This document shows, one piece after another, positions 46,803-56,588 of a DNA stretch of 64,000 bases. The stretch is from a bacterium (GTDB lineage: Bacteria; Patescibacteriota; Minisyncoccia; Phycocordibacterales; JBBTRF01): assembly GCA_037130265.1 (NCBI GenBank), contig JBAXTI010000001.1, forward strand, positions 98,092 through 162,091. Reading direction: 5' to 3'. Each line of letters starts with the position of its first letter. The first letter of the stretch is position 1. Both the position numbers and the translations under genes were made by a program. The notes beneath the pieces were generated by a model that worked only from the letters and a program-made list of their open reading frames with translations, did no database searches and was not told the DNA's origin.

Positions 46803-47408
46803 ATGGATCCGAAGATGCAGTCCTCTTTCATCCCCAAGACGTCGATCTCTGCCGACCGAGGTGGACGTTCATCTAGTACGGTCAATCTTTTTTTTCTGAT
46901 TTCCGTCCTCATACTCATCGTCACCTTGGCAATTGCCGGCTTCTTTTTCTTCTATAATGCCAATCAGCAGAAGCAGATCGACACTATCACCGCCAGCTTG
47001 ATTGCCTCTGAAAAGAAAGACTATTCTGAGCCAATTGTCGATGCTTGGACCGCCCTCGACAAACGCACTCGTGCTGCCAATGAAATGTTGCAGCGCCATT
47101 ACGCTGTTTCGAGCCTATTCAAGCTTTTGCAGGATTTGACAGTGAAGAATATCCGCTTCACCCGCTTTGACTTCACACTCAAGGACGACGCAGCTGAGAA
47201 AACTTCCATCAGCTTGGCACTTTCTGGAGAAGGGCGTAGCTACAATGCCGTCTCGTACCAGTCTGACGTAATGAAGTCTTCCGAGAGTTTGGATGATGCA
47301 CTGTTTTCCGATATCCGCTTGGATGAGAAAGGAAACATTCTCTTCTCGATGAAGGCTTCGGTCGATCCGGATCTCACTTCTTATAAGAAATTGTTCATCG
47401 CACAATAA
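46803..47408 (+). CDS. PilN-like protein
   Basis: SFIPK N-terminus, single TM, coiled coil; follows pilM. Confidence 0.7.
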   Translation: MDPKMQSSFIPKTSISADRGGRSSSTVNLFFLISVLILIVTLAIAGFFFFYNANQQKQIDTITASLIASEKKDYSEPIVDAWTALDKRTRAANEMLQRHYAVSSLFKLLQDLTVKNIRFTRFDFTLKDDAAEKTSISLALSGEGRSYNAVSYQSDVMKSSESLDDALFSDIRLDEKGNILFSMKASVDPDLTSYKKLFIAQ

Positions 47409-47412
47409 CACT

Positions 47413-48195
47413 ATGTCCCCGAACATCACCGCCCTTGTCTTGTTGATCGCCTCTGCTGGGGTAGCCTTTGGCTTGGTCAGTCCACAATATGCAAAATATC
47501 AGGTGCTTTCGGAGAGCAAGGTGCAATATCAGACGGCGGCCGACCAGGCAAAGAAAGTGCGCGAGGTACGCGAAAAGCTCATCTCTAGTGCAGCCAATAT
47601 CTCCAACCTGGAGAAGGACCGTCTGGCCCGCATGTTGCCCGACACTGTGGATACGGTGCGTCTGACCATAGACATCACAGGTATTGCTTCGAAGTATGGC
47701 ATTTTGATCAAGAAAATCGATGTGAAGCCAGATGAGAAAAATGCAAACTCGGCTATGCTCGTAGCGTCGCCATTCGCTACCGCTCAAAAAGCGCAGAGTT
47801 TCAATGCACTGCCAATCTCTTTCACACTCAACACAAGCTACGAAAATTTCAATAGTTTTTTATCTGACCTGGAAAAGAGTCTGCGCATGATCGATGTCGT
47901 GTCTATCTCGGTCGTGCCAAACCAGGTCGGTCAATATGATTTCTCGGTGGCCGCACGTACCTATTCATTCGTATCCGGCACGGCGCCGATGGTATCTTCT
48001 AAGACATCTCCGGTTTCTGCCGCGGCCGATGATCCAAAGGTGAAGGTGTTGCTAATGCTCGAGCGCCTTTCTTCTTTGAAGCTCGATCGCGGATTCTTCG
48101 ATAGTCAGCTTTTCAAAAATCTCCGTGACTTTGGAGTCGAAGTGGTGGCGGAGCCAAAAGGTCGACCGAACCCATTCGCGCCGATCGGTCAATAG
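47413..48195 (+). CDS. PilO-like protein with a C-terminal GRxNPF extension
   Basis: TM, coiled coil, L..MLP, Y..F..FL..LEKSLR.IDV. Confidence 0.75.
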   Translation: MSPNITALVLLIASAGVAFGLVSPQYAKYQVLSESKVQYQTAADQAKKVREVREKLISSAANISNLEKDRLARMLPDTVDTVRLTIDITGIASKYGILIKKIDVKPDEKNANSAMLVASPFATAQKAQSFNALPISFTLNTSYENFNSFLSDLEKSLRMIDVVSISVVPNQVGQYDFSVAARTYSFVSGTAPMVSSKTSPVSAAADDPKVKVLLMLERLSSLKLDRGFFDSQLFKNLRDFGVEVVAEPKGRPNPFAPIGQ

Positions 48196-48198
48196 CCT

Positions 48199-49926
48199 AT
48201 GGATATTATCGACCTCTTGGTACAAAGAAAAGTCGTACATCCTGACGATGCTCAGGCTATTCGTGGCGAAGTGAAGAAGGGCGGAAATATCAACGACGTG
48301 CTACGTCGCCGCGGTATCGACCCGGAAGAGATCATGAAGAGCAAGTCGGAATATTTCAATGTGCCGACAAAGACACTTGGGAAAAACAAGGTGCCATTTG
48401 AGGTTCTGAAGTACATTCCGGAAGAGTCCGCTATCTACTACCAATTTGCACCTGTCGGTCTCACTGATGGCGTACTCGAAGTTGGTATGTTGAACCCGGA
48501 CAACATCGAAGCGCGCGACGCCCTCAACTTTATTTCTACGAAGGCGAACCTTCCGTACAAAATCTTTCTCGTATCCCAAGAGGATTTTGACGCGGTATTG
48601 CAAGCGTATAAAGGCATCGGTGGCGAAGTCGGTAAGGCGCTCACCGAACTTGGTACCGAAGATCACGGCCCGGCAAGTAGTGTGAATTTGAATGGCGAAG
48701 AGGGCGCGCTCGGTGAGAGCGCTTTCGACGGTGACGCTCATATCAAAGAAGATGCACCAGTGACGAAGATTGTCACCACGATTTTGCATTACGCGACCGA
48801 AGGGAATGCTTCCGATATTCACATTGAGGCGATGGAAGACACCGTCCGCGTGCGTTTTCGTGTCGACGGTTCGCTTGTAACGAGTCTCACTTTGCCTGGC
48901 AAGGTGCATTCGGCACTCGTGGCCCGCATCAAAATCCTCTGTAACATGAAGATTGACGAGAAGCGTAAGCCACAGGACGGTCGTTTTAGCCAAATGATCG
49001 ACGGCAAGAAGATCGACTACCGTGTCTCTACTTTCCCTGCATACTATGGCGAAAAGGTGGTGATGCGAATCCTCGACTCTGCCAAGGGTGTCCGACCGCT
49101 CGACCAGATGGGTCTCAGCGAACGCAATCTCAAGACGATTCGCGAGGCGATCGAGCGTCCATACGGACTCATTCTCATCTCTGGTCCGACTGGTTCCGGA
49201 AAATCCACCACTTTGTATTCGATGCTGAACTCGCTCGACAAGGAGACGCGCAATGTGCTTTCGCTCGAAGATCCAGTGGAGTACAACATTCCTGGCATGA
49301 GCCAGTCACAGGTGCGTCCAGAGATTGGTTACACCTTTGCTACTGGTCTGCGTACGACACTTCGACAAGACCCCGACATTATTATGGTGGGAGAAATTCG
49401 AGACAAAGAGACGGCGCAATTGGCGGTGCAGGCGGCACTCACCGGACATCTCGTGCTTTCGACCATTCACACCAACAATGCTGCCGGTGTGATCCCGCGT
49501 CTCATCGACATGGGTGTCGATCCATTCCTCATTGGCCCAACACTCATTTGTGCCATTGCTCAGCGTCTTGTCCGTACGCTCTGTGAAAACGGTGGCAAAG
49601 AAGTGTCAGTGGAGGGTCACATCAAGGACCTCATCGAAAGTGAATTCAAGGATTTGCCGGCAGAATTCCAGAAAGAGATTCCGAAAGGGAAGACGGTATA
49701 CGAAGCGATGGTCACCGATGATTGTCCGAAGGGTACTACCGGTCGCGCCGCAGTGATGGAGGTGCTTGTTATCGACAAAGACATCGAAAAAGTTATCCTG
49801 AACGGTCCGACCGAACCAGCCTTAATGAAGGTGGCTCGAGCAAGGGGGATGCTCACGATGAAAGAGGATGCTATTATAAAGGCATTCGAGCGAAAGATTC
49901 CATTTGAAGAGGTGACGAGTTTGTAA
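48199..49926 (+). CDS. pilB: Type IV pilus extension ATPase PilB/GspE
   Basis: ASDIHIE, RFRVDG, PQDGR, GPTGSGKST, EDPVEY, LRQDPD, GHLVLSTIHTN. Confidence 0.95.
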   Translation: MDIIDLLVQRKVVHPDDAQAIRGEVKKGGNINDVLRRRGIDPEEIMKSKSEYFNVPTKTLGKNKVPFEVLKYIPEESAIYYQFAPVGLTDGVLEVGMLNPDNIEARDALNFISTKANLPYKIFLVSQEDFDAVLQAYKGIGGEVGKALTELGTEDHGPASSVNLNGEEGALGESAFDGDAHIKEDAPVTKIVTTILHYATEGNASDIHIEAMEDTVRVRFRVDGSLVTSLTLPGKVHSALVARIKILCNMKIDEKRKPQDGRFSQMIDGKKIDYRVSTFPAYYGEKVVMRILDSAKGVRPLDQMGLSERNLKTIREAIERPYGLILISGPTGSGKSTTLYSMLNSLDKETRNVLSLEDPVEYNIPGMSQSQVRPEIGYTFATGLRTTLRQDPDIIMVGEIRDKETAQLAVQAALTGHLVLSTIHTNNAAGVIPRLIDMGVDPFLIGPTLICAIAQRLVRTLCENGGKEVSVEGHIKDLIESEFKDLPAEFQKEIPKGKTVYEAMVTDDCPKGTTGRAAVMEVLVIDKDIEKVILNGPTEPALMKVARARGMLTMKEDAIIKAFERKIPFEEVTSL

Positions 49927-49959
49927 TAACAATGATGACACTTTTTAAATAACACCCAC

Positions 49960-50355
49960 ATGGAAAACAGTAACAAAAAGAAAATACTCATCGTGGACGA
50001 CGACAAGTTCCTCGTGAACATGTACTCGATCAAATTCAAGGCGGCCGGCTTCGATGTGTATTCGGCGTTTGACGGTCAGGAGACACTCGCCAAGCTCAAG
50101 GATGGTCTTGTGCCTGATGTGGTGATGCTCGACATGATCATGCCGGCGATGGACGGCGTGGAGATCCTTGCGCGCATTCGAAAAGAGAATCTCGTGCCGA
50201 AGGCCAAGGTGGTCATTTTGTCGAACCAAAACCAGCCTTCGGATATCGAGCGAGCGAAGGCGTTGGGCATCAGTGGGTACATTGTGAAGGCGACGACGAT
50301 TCCATCGGAAGTGGTCGCGGAAGTCGAACTCATCTTAAAGGAAGACTTGCAATAA
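49960..50355 (+). CDS. Stand-alone response-regulator receiver (CheY-like)
   Basis: ILIVDDD, PD..MLDMIMP.MDG, LSN, YIVK. Confidence 0.93.
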   Translation: MENSNKKKILIVDDDKFLVNMYSIKFKAAGFDVYSAFDGQETLAKLKDGLVPDVVMLDMIMPAMDGVEILARIRKENLVPKAKVVILSNQNQPSDIERAKALGISGYIVKATTIPSEVVAEVELILKEDLQ

Positions 50356-50356
50356 G

Positions 50357-51424
50357 ATGCAAAACCAATACCAAGCACAACTCGAGTCGCTTCTCGCTAC
50401 GGTCCTCGCCGAGGGGGCTTCCGACCTGCATCTTTCCGAAGGGCGAACACCGGTGATTCGTATTGCGGGGCAACTTTTGCCGATGGTGAAGGCCGAGTCG
50501 CTCACCGCGGAGGTGCTCAGCGGTTTTGCTTCGGTATTTATGACCCCAGAACGCAAGCATCTTTTCATGACAAATCATGAAGCCGACTTCGCATACGACT
50601 TTCAAAGCAAGTCCCGCTTTCGTGTGAATGGGTTTTTTCAGCAAGGGAAGATGGGGTTCGCATTGCGCTTGATCCCAAACCAAATCCGCTCTATAGAAGA
50701 GCTTGGTTTGCCGCCAATTTTGAATACATTTACCGAAAAGCCACAAGGGTTCTTCTTGGTGGTGGGTCCGGTTGGGCAAGGCAAGTCTACGACATTGGCG
50801 GGAATGATCGAATACATCAATCGCCAGCGCGCCGCGCACATTCTCACGATTGAGGACCCGATCGAATATATCTATGAAGCGAAGCGTTCGATTGTCAATC
50901 AGCGTGAGGTTGGTGTCGACACGAAGAGTTTCTCTGGCGCATTAGCAGCGATGTTCCGCGAAGATATCAATGTTGCCCTGGTGGGGGAAATGCGTGATGC
51001 CGAAACGATTTCCACCGCGGTGACTGCGGCGGAGACCGGTCACCTGGTGCTCTCGACTTTGCATACCAACAATGCAGCGCAAACAATCAATCGTATTATC
51101 GATAGTTTCCCAGCGAGCCAGCAGGATCAGATTCGTTCCCAGCTCGCCGCCAGCCTTACTGGTATTTTCTCGCAGCGCCTGATTCCTCGTGTGTCTGGCG
51201 GCTTGGTGCCGGCATATGAATTGCTCATCAACAATACCGCTGTCGGCAATCTCATTCGTGAGAAGCGTGTGCATGAGATCAACACCGTACTCGAGACCAG
51301 CTCCGAGCAGGGGATGATCAGCATGGATCGTTGTCTTGCTGAGCTTGTACGAGCAGGGGAGATTACCGTGGAGAACGCATATTTGCACTCGACGAACACG
51401 AAGATTCTGGAGCGATTGCTCTAG
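50357..51424 (+). CDS. pilT: Type IV pilus retraction ATPase PilT
   Basis: ASDLHL, RFRVN, GP.G.GKSTT, EDPIEY, GEMRD.ET, AETGHLV.STLHT. Confidence 0.95.
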   Translation: MQNQYQAQLESLLATVLAEGASDLHLSEGRTPVIRIAGQLLPMVKAESLTAEVLSGFASVFMTPERKHLFMTNHEADFAYDFQSKSRFRVNGFFQQGKMGFALRLIPNQIRSIEELGLPPILNTFTEKPQGFFLVVGPVGQGKSTTLAGMIEYINRQRAAHILTIEDPIEYIYEAKRSIVNQREVGVDTKSFSGALAAMFREDINVALVGEMRDAETISTAVTAAETGHLVLSTLHTNNAAQTINRIIDSFPASQQDQIRSQLAASLTGIFSQRLIPRVSGGLVPAYELLINNTAVGNLIREKRVHEINTVLETSSEQGMISMDRCLAELVRAGEITVENAYLHSTNTKILERLL

Positions 51425-51456
51425 AAAGCCTCGCGTGAAAGCGCCAACATATTCAC

Positions 51457-52659
51457 ATGATATTCAATTACACCACAATCGACGCAGCGGGAACCAAGTC
51501 TCAGGGCACCATTGATGCCGTGAGTGTCGATGTGGCCATCAGCTCGCTGCAACGCCGTGGACTCACGATCGTCACGATCAAGGCTGAGCAGAAAGAGTCG
51601 GCACTCGACAAATTGACCTTCTTTGGCCACGTCACCAACAAAGATGTGGTGATTTTGTCTCGTCAGATGTCGACACTTTTTTCTGCGCAGATCTCCGCGC
51701 TCCGCGTCTTTCGTCTCCTCGGTTCCGAGACCGAAAAGCCGCAGCTTCGGGTAGTGCTCAATACTGTGGCCGATGACCTCCAGGGGGGTGCCCAGATTTC
51801 CAAGGCGCTGTCGAAGCATCCAGAGGTGTTTTCAGATTTTTATGTCAACATGGTGCGCTCCGGCGAAGAGTCCGGCAAGCTCGACCAGATTTTGCTCTAT
51901 CTCGCCGACTACCTCGATCGATCGTTTGAGGTTACTTCGAAGGCGAAGAACGCTCTTATCTATCCGGCCTTCGTGATCGCGACCTTCACTGTGGTGATGG
52001 TGTTGATGCTTACGATGGTGATCCCAAATATTAGCTCGATTTTGAAGGATTCTGGCCAGGAGGTGCCGATTTACACCAAAATTGTGTTGGGCATCAGCGA
52101 TATCGCGGTGCATTACGGTATCTACGCACTCATCATCCTTGTTGTTGGCGGGTTCTTCTTCTATCGCTTTGCTCGTACCGTCGATGGCGGCATGGCACTC
52201 AATCGTTTACAAATCTCGTTGCCGTATATCGGCACACTCTACAAAAAGCTGTATTTGTCGCGAATTTCCGACAACATGAACACGATGCTTCTGTCGGCGA
52301 TCCCGATCGTGAAGGCGTTGGAAGTGACCGGTGCGGTGGTGGGAAGTGCGGTGTACCAGGCGGTCCTCGGCAAGATCCTCGAAGAAGTGAAGACCGGCAG
52401 CTCCTTGGCTGAAGCGTTTGGCCGCTATCCGGAGATTCCGACTATTATGGTGCAAATGGTGAAGGTGGGCGAGGAGACAGGCGAATTGGGCAATATTCTC
52501 CAGAATCTCTCGAAGTTCTACACTCGCGAGGTCACCAACGCCGTGGATACCTTGGTGGGATTGATCGAGCCAGCGATGATCGTGTCGCTTGGTATTGGTG
52601 TGGCCGTGTTGCTCGCTTCGGTGCTGATTCCGATCTACAACATCTCGGCGGGGGCTTAA
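51457..52659 (+). CDS. pilC: Type IV pilus platform protein PilC (T2SS F family)
   Basis: GEESGKL, AL.YP, VGEETG.L, LIEP. Confidence 0.95.
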   Translation: MIFNYTTIDAAGTKSQGTIDAVSVDVAISSLQRRGLTIVTIKAEQKESALDKLTFFGHVTNKDVVILSRQMSTLFSAQISALRVFRLLGSETEKPQLRVVLNTVADDLQGGAQISKALSKHPEVFSDFYVNMVRSGEESGKLDQILLYLADYLDRSFEVTSKAKNALIYPAFVIATFTVVMVLMLTMVIPNISSILKDSGQEVPIYTKIVLGISDIAVHYGIYALIILVVGGFFFYRFARTVDGGMALNRLQISLPYIGTLYKKLYLSRISDNMNTMLLSAIPIVKALEVTGAVVGSAVYQAVLGKILEEVKTGSSLAEAFGRYPEIPTIMVQMVKVGEETGELGNILQNLSKFYTREVTNAVDTLVGLIEPAMIVSLGIGVAVLLASVLIPIYNISAGA

Positions 52660-52673
52660 GGAAATGAAAGGGA

Positions 52674-52702
52674 AGGCCCGCGCCGTACGGCGCGGGCCTT
52701 TT
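52674..52702 (+). terminator. Terminator after pilC
   Basis: aaggcccgcgccg-ta-cggcgcgggcctttt. Confidence 0.75.
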
Positions 52703-52855
52703 GTTATCCACACCCCCATTTCCACGGCCAATCAACGGGAGTATAATAAAGGGCAAGGTTTGTATACGACCTTCAGCAACGAAGGCGGTCGAGGGGAAAA
52801 CCGGAAATATTCATTCAATTACATTATTACAAATTAGAAATTAATCGATTTATAT

Positions 52856-53353
52856 ATGAAGAATTCACGAGGTTTTACACTCATCGAATTGTTGGTGGTC
52901 ATCGCAATCATCGGTATCTTGTCTTCAGTCGTATTGGCGAGCTTGAGCTCTGCTCGAAATAAGGGCAAGGACGCAGCAGTAAAGAGCGGTCTTTCAAGTC
53001 TCCGAACTCAGATGGAGATTGACTCAAATGGTGCCAATTATGGTGCAGCTGCTACTTACGCAACTGCAGCTGGTACAAATGCTGCTTGTGCTGTTGGTAA
53101 CTTTAATGCGTCTACTATCACACCGATCAAGACTAATTTGACTGGTAATCTCGCAGTTTCAACCAACATCGTTTGTTCAGTTGATGTTGCACATGCAACG
53201 AACCCAGCTACCAAGTGGGCGATTGCAGCCATCCTTCCTAGTGGTGCAGGTCTTCAGTGTATTGACAGCAGCGGAAATGCTCAGAATTATCCAGCCGTAA
53301 CTACAGTTGGTAGTATTACAACCGCACAGGTAAACAACGGTTCTTGTATCTAA
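52856..53353 (+). CDS. Type IV pilin, probable major pilin
   Basis: G|FTLIELLVVIAIIGIL; own promoter (TATAAT 52742), long leader and strong terminator. Confidence 0.9.
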   Translation: MKNSRGFTLIELLVVIAIIGILSSVVLASLSSARNKGKDAAVKSGLSSLRTQMEIDSNGANYGAAATYATAAGTNAACAVGNFNASTITPIKTNLTGNLAVSTNIVCSVDVAHATNPATKWAIAAILPSGAGLQCIDSSGNAQNYPAVTTVGSITTAQVNNGSCI

Positions 53354-53363
53354 GCAGTAATTC

Positions 53364-53420
53364 CTAGTCGACCAAACAAAAAACCCACTACCATAGTGGG
53401 TTTTTTGTTTGGTCGACTAG
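53364..53420. terminator. 27-bp perfect inverted repeat terminator after the major pilin
   Basis: ctagtcgaccaaacaaaaaacccacta-cca-tagtgggttttttgtttggtcgactag. Confidence 0.85.
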
Positions 53421-53474
53421 TCTTTTGGGGGTATAATGAAAAAACATTATAGGCATAAGGATTTATATGTAATT

Positions 53475-53972
53475 ATGAAAAATGAATCTACACAGAATGG
53501 TTTCACTCTTATCGAGCTTCTTGTTGTAATTGGTATTGTCGGTGTTCTTGCCACTGTCATGCTTGCGGTGTTGGGTACAACTAGAAAACAATCTATCGAC
53601 ACTGCGATCAAGCAAACTTTGTCAGGTACAAAGAACCAGGCGGAGCTTTATTACTACAATAACGCCAATAGTTATAGTAATGTTTGTGCGTCGGGAGCAG
53701 TTTCTCTAATTGGGGCTACCAGATCTATTTATCTTCAAGTTGCAGACGCAGCAAAAAAAGCAGGTATTGCGATTGCGTCGGTAAAGGTAAATCCTGTTGG
53801 TGGCGGCGCCTATAATCAGGTCACTTGCAATGATTCTTCTGCAGCGTGGGCTGCAGAAGTGCCACTGAGCACTAGTAAGTCAGGGGCTCCGGTGATGCTC
53901 TGTGTTGATAGTGCGGGTAAATTGAAACAGGAGAGTGTGGTTCTTGGAGTAGGTGCAGTTATTTGTCAATAA
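53475..53972 (+). CDS. Type IV pilin
   Basis: G|FTLIELLVVIGIVG; C-terminal CVDS.G. Confidence 0.9.
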   Translation: MKNESTQNGFTLIELLVVIGIVGVLATVMLAVLGTTRKQSIDTAIKQTLSGTKNQAELYYYNNANSYSNVCASGAVSLIGATRSIYLQVADAAKKAGIAIASVKVNPVGGGAYNQVTCNDSSAAWAAEVPLSTSKSGAPVMLCVDSAGKLKQESVVLGVGAVICQ

Positions 53973-53979
53973 AACCAAT

Positions 53980-54462
53980 ATGAAAAAAAATATACAACAT
54001 AATCAGTTAAAAGGCTTTACCCTCGTCGAACTCCTTGTTGTCATTGCGATTATCGGTATTCTTTCTTCGGTGGTTCTCACCAGTCTGAACAGTGCCCGTG
54101 CCAAAGCGCGCGATGCTCGACGTATCGCCGAGGTGGCAGAAATGGTGAAGGCGATCCAGGTTATTGATATTGACCCGGCTCCAGTACTGGCGGGCTGTGT
54201 AGGGGCGCATGCCGATGCTTCGACCTGTACCACACCAAACTTCTCCTTGTATCATGATGTATCTGGCGCGACCGTTGCGTGTACCGGCGCAAGCACTGCG
54301 AGCTGCCAGTATTCGATCTCAAAGGAGGATGGCACTGCTGGCGCGACGGCACAAAACTTTCAGGTATGCAGCTATTTGGAAAAAGGCGCAGGAACATTGG
54401 CTGCAGGTTCTTTCAGTGCTCGAAGCAACACTGGTGGCGGTGTCGTAGAGGGCTGCAACTAA
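53980..54462 (+). CDS. Type IV pilin, Cys-rich head
   Basis: G|FTLVELLVVIAIIGIL, ARDARR. Confidence 0.9.
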   Translation: MKKNIQHNQLKGFTLVELLVVIAIIGILSSVVLTSLNSARAKARDARRIAEVAEMVKAIQVIDIDPAPVLAGCVGAHADASTCTTPNFSLYHDVSGATVACTGASTASCQYSISKEDGTAGATAQNFQVCSYLEKGAGTLAAGSFSARSNTGGGVVEGCN

Positions 54463-54464
54463 TC

Positions 54465-54965
54465 ATGATATTTATTCAACACAAAAATCAGCAGGCGAAC
54501 GCCGGACAGAAGGCCTTCACCCTCATCGAATTGTTGGTGGTCATCGCAATCATCGGTATCTTGTCTTCGGTCGTATTGGCGAGCCTCAATACTGCGCGTG
54601 CGAAGGGAAGGGATGCACGGCGAGTGTCGGATATCAAGCAAATTCAGCTCGCGCTTGAGCTGTATGCGGATCAGAACCTTGGCAAATATCCAACAGCTCT
54701 TTCATCTGTTGCACCGACCTACATTTCGACCTTACCAAAGGACCCAAGTACGAACAACGATTATTTCTATGCCGCCCTTGGAGCCACGAGTTGTACCGGC
54801 TACCACATCGGCGGATTGCTCGAGCAGAATAATCCGGTGCTCACAGGAGACCGAGATGCGGCCGCGGCGATGTATTGTCCGGGAAGTGCAGCTGATTTTA
54901 ACGGTACAGCCAATTGTGTTGCAACTACCGGCACCGACATGTGTTTCGACGTAGCAAACCAATAA
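54465..54965 (+). CDS. Type IV pilin (GspG-like head)
   Basis: A|FTLIELLVVIAIIGIL, RDARRVSDIKQIQLALELY, PKDP. Confidence 0.9.
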   Translation: MIFIQHKNQQANAGQKAFTLIELLVVIAIIGILSSVVLASLNTARAKGRDARRVSDIKQIQLALELYADQNLGKYPTALSSVAPTYISTLPKDPSTNNDYFYAALGATSCTGYHIGGLLEQNNPVLTGDRDAAAAMYCPGSAADFNGTANCVATTGTDMCFDVANQ

Positions 54966-54966
54966 C

Positions 54967-55836
54967 ATGTTGGCGACTGCGCTTTTGATTCCGACTCCGT
55001 TCATTGTGGCGATGTTTGTGCTCGGCATGCTGGTGGGGAGCTTTCTCAATGTGGTTGCGTTGCGGTACAACACCGGCCGCCTGCGCCAAGCGCTCTTTGG
55101 CGGCGGCCGGTCGCATTGTTTTTCCTGCGACAAGACGCTCGCGTGGTATGAGCTCGTACCTGTGGCGAGCTTCCTCACGCAGGCTGGCCGCTGTCGCGGC
55201 TGCAAGTGCCGACTCTCGTGGCAGTATCCGCTTGTCGAATTGCTCACCGGTTTTCTCTTTGTAATCGCCTTTTTGCACGAGGCAGTCGGTGCACATTCCC
55301 TCGGACTGCTCCTCGCACTCATCATTCTCTCGCTACTTGTGGTGATCGGTGTATACGACTTGAGACACAAAATCATTCCTGACGCTCTGGCGTATGCTTT
55401 TGCAGCTTTCGGCTTGGTGTACAGTGTGGCGCGGCTATTTTCGGGCCCATCCAGCCTCGAATACACCAACACGCTATTTCAAGCCCTCCCTTGGCTGCTC
55501 GCCGCTGGTCCGCTCCTGTTCCTGCCGTTCTATTTGCTCTGGAAGGTGTCTGGGGGCCGCTGGATTGGCCTTGGGGATGGAAAGCTGGCTTTGGGCATGG
55601 GCTGGTTTCTCGGCCTTTCTGGGGGCATTTCGGCTGCTGTTCTAGGGTTTTGGCTGGGGGCTTTGGTTGCTGTTTGTATACTCGCTGTGCAACGCGCTTG
55701 GCCGAAACTCGGCTCAGCGCTCAACATGAAAAGCGAGATCCCGTTTGCGCCCTTCCTCATCATTGGCACTATTCTTGTGTATGCGACCGGCGTGATGCCG
55801 ACCGACATTGTCCTCTTCATTCAGAACCTTTTTTGA
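54967..55836 (+). CDS. pilD: Prepilin peptidase PilD
   Basis: GSFLNVV, RSHCFSC...GRCRGC, YD....IPD, GLGDGKL, IPFAPFL. Confidence 0.95.
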   Translation: MLATALLIPTPFIVAMFVLGMLVGSFLNVVALRYNTGRLRQALFGGGRSHCFSCDKTLAWYELVPVASFLTQAGRCRGCKCRLSWQYPLVELLTGFLFVIAFLHEAVGAHSLGLLLALIILSLLVVIGVYDLRHKIIPDALAYAFAAFGLVYSVARLFSGPSSLEYTNTLFQALPWLLAAGPLLFLPFYLLWKVSGGRWIGLGDGKLALGMGWFLGLSGGISAAVLGFWLGALVAVCILAVQRAWPKLGSALNMKSEIPFAPFLIIGTILVYATGVMPTDIVLFIQNLF

Positions 55837-55850
55837 CATACAATACAGGG

Positions 55851-56579
55851 ATGAATCGTGGGTTCACTCTCTTTGAAATGCTCGTGTCTTTGGGTATTTT
55901 CATGCTCCTGACCACCACGCTGCTGGTGAAGAATTCGCAATTCAAAGGCAATGTCGTGATCGGCAACACGGCATACCAGCTGGCTCTCGCTTTCCGTGAG
56001 GCACAATCATACGGCGTGAATGTTCGAGGTGTGGATCCGTCGACGACAGGTACTCCTACCAACTTTGTATACAATACTGCATACGGCGTGCATTTCGATT
56101 CATTGATCCCGTCTTCGTATTTGCTATTTGGCGACACGAATCCGTCGGCGTCTGGTGGCTCAGCGAATGTGGGTGATCGGCAATACACGAGCGCTCTTGG
56201 TTCCGTTGACGCCCTGGTTCGCACCTACCAGATCGGCTCCGGTACGGAAGTGGTGATGTTCTGTACGCTGCGCTCGACCGAGGTGCTGTGTAGTAACAGC
56301 GGTTCCGGGACGAGTCGACTCACTTGGCTCGATGTGAGTTTCCTCCGTCCGCAGCTTTCCGCGGCGATTCGCGATTCGTCGCAGACCGATCCAGCTTCGC
56401 AGGAGAGTATTTTATACGCTGCTTCAGCCTTGGTGGTCGTGAAAAATGCGCAAGGTATCTGCAAGGCTGTGAAGGTCACGAAGGCAGGCAGTGTTGGTGT
56501 GGTTGAAAATCCGAAGGAGTTGGACGGAGGAACCACTGGCTACGGCAAGGCAGTGATCGATTCCGGATTGTGTCCATAG
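55851..56579 (+). CDS. Minor pilin (FimT/GspH-like)
   Basis: G|FTLFEMLVSLGI, REAQ, YGVHF. Confidence 0.85.
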   Translation: MNRGFTLFEMLVSLGIFMLLTTTLLVKNSQFKGNVVIGNTAYQLALAFREAQSYGVNVRGVDPSTTGTPTNFVYNTAYGVHFDSLIPSSYLLFGDTNPSASGGSANVGDRQYTSALGSVDALVRTYQIGSGTEVVMFCTLRSTEVLCSNSGSGTSRLTWLDVSFLRPQLSAAIRDSSQTDPASQESILYAASALVVVKNAQGICKAVKVTKAGSVGVVENPKELDGGTTGYGKAVIDSGLCP

Positions 56580-56588
56580 CAAATTTGT

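Noticed and set aside
52742-52810. c-di-GMP riboswitch upstream of the pilin
   Set aside because: It lacks the GGCAAAC...GAAA...GACGCAAA two-hairpin consensus; kept only as an unnamed structured leader.
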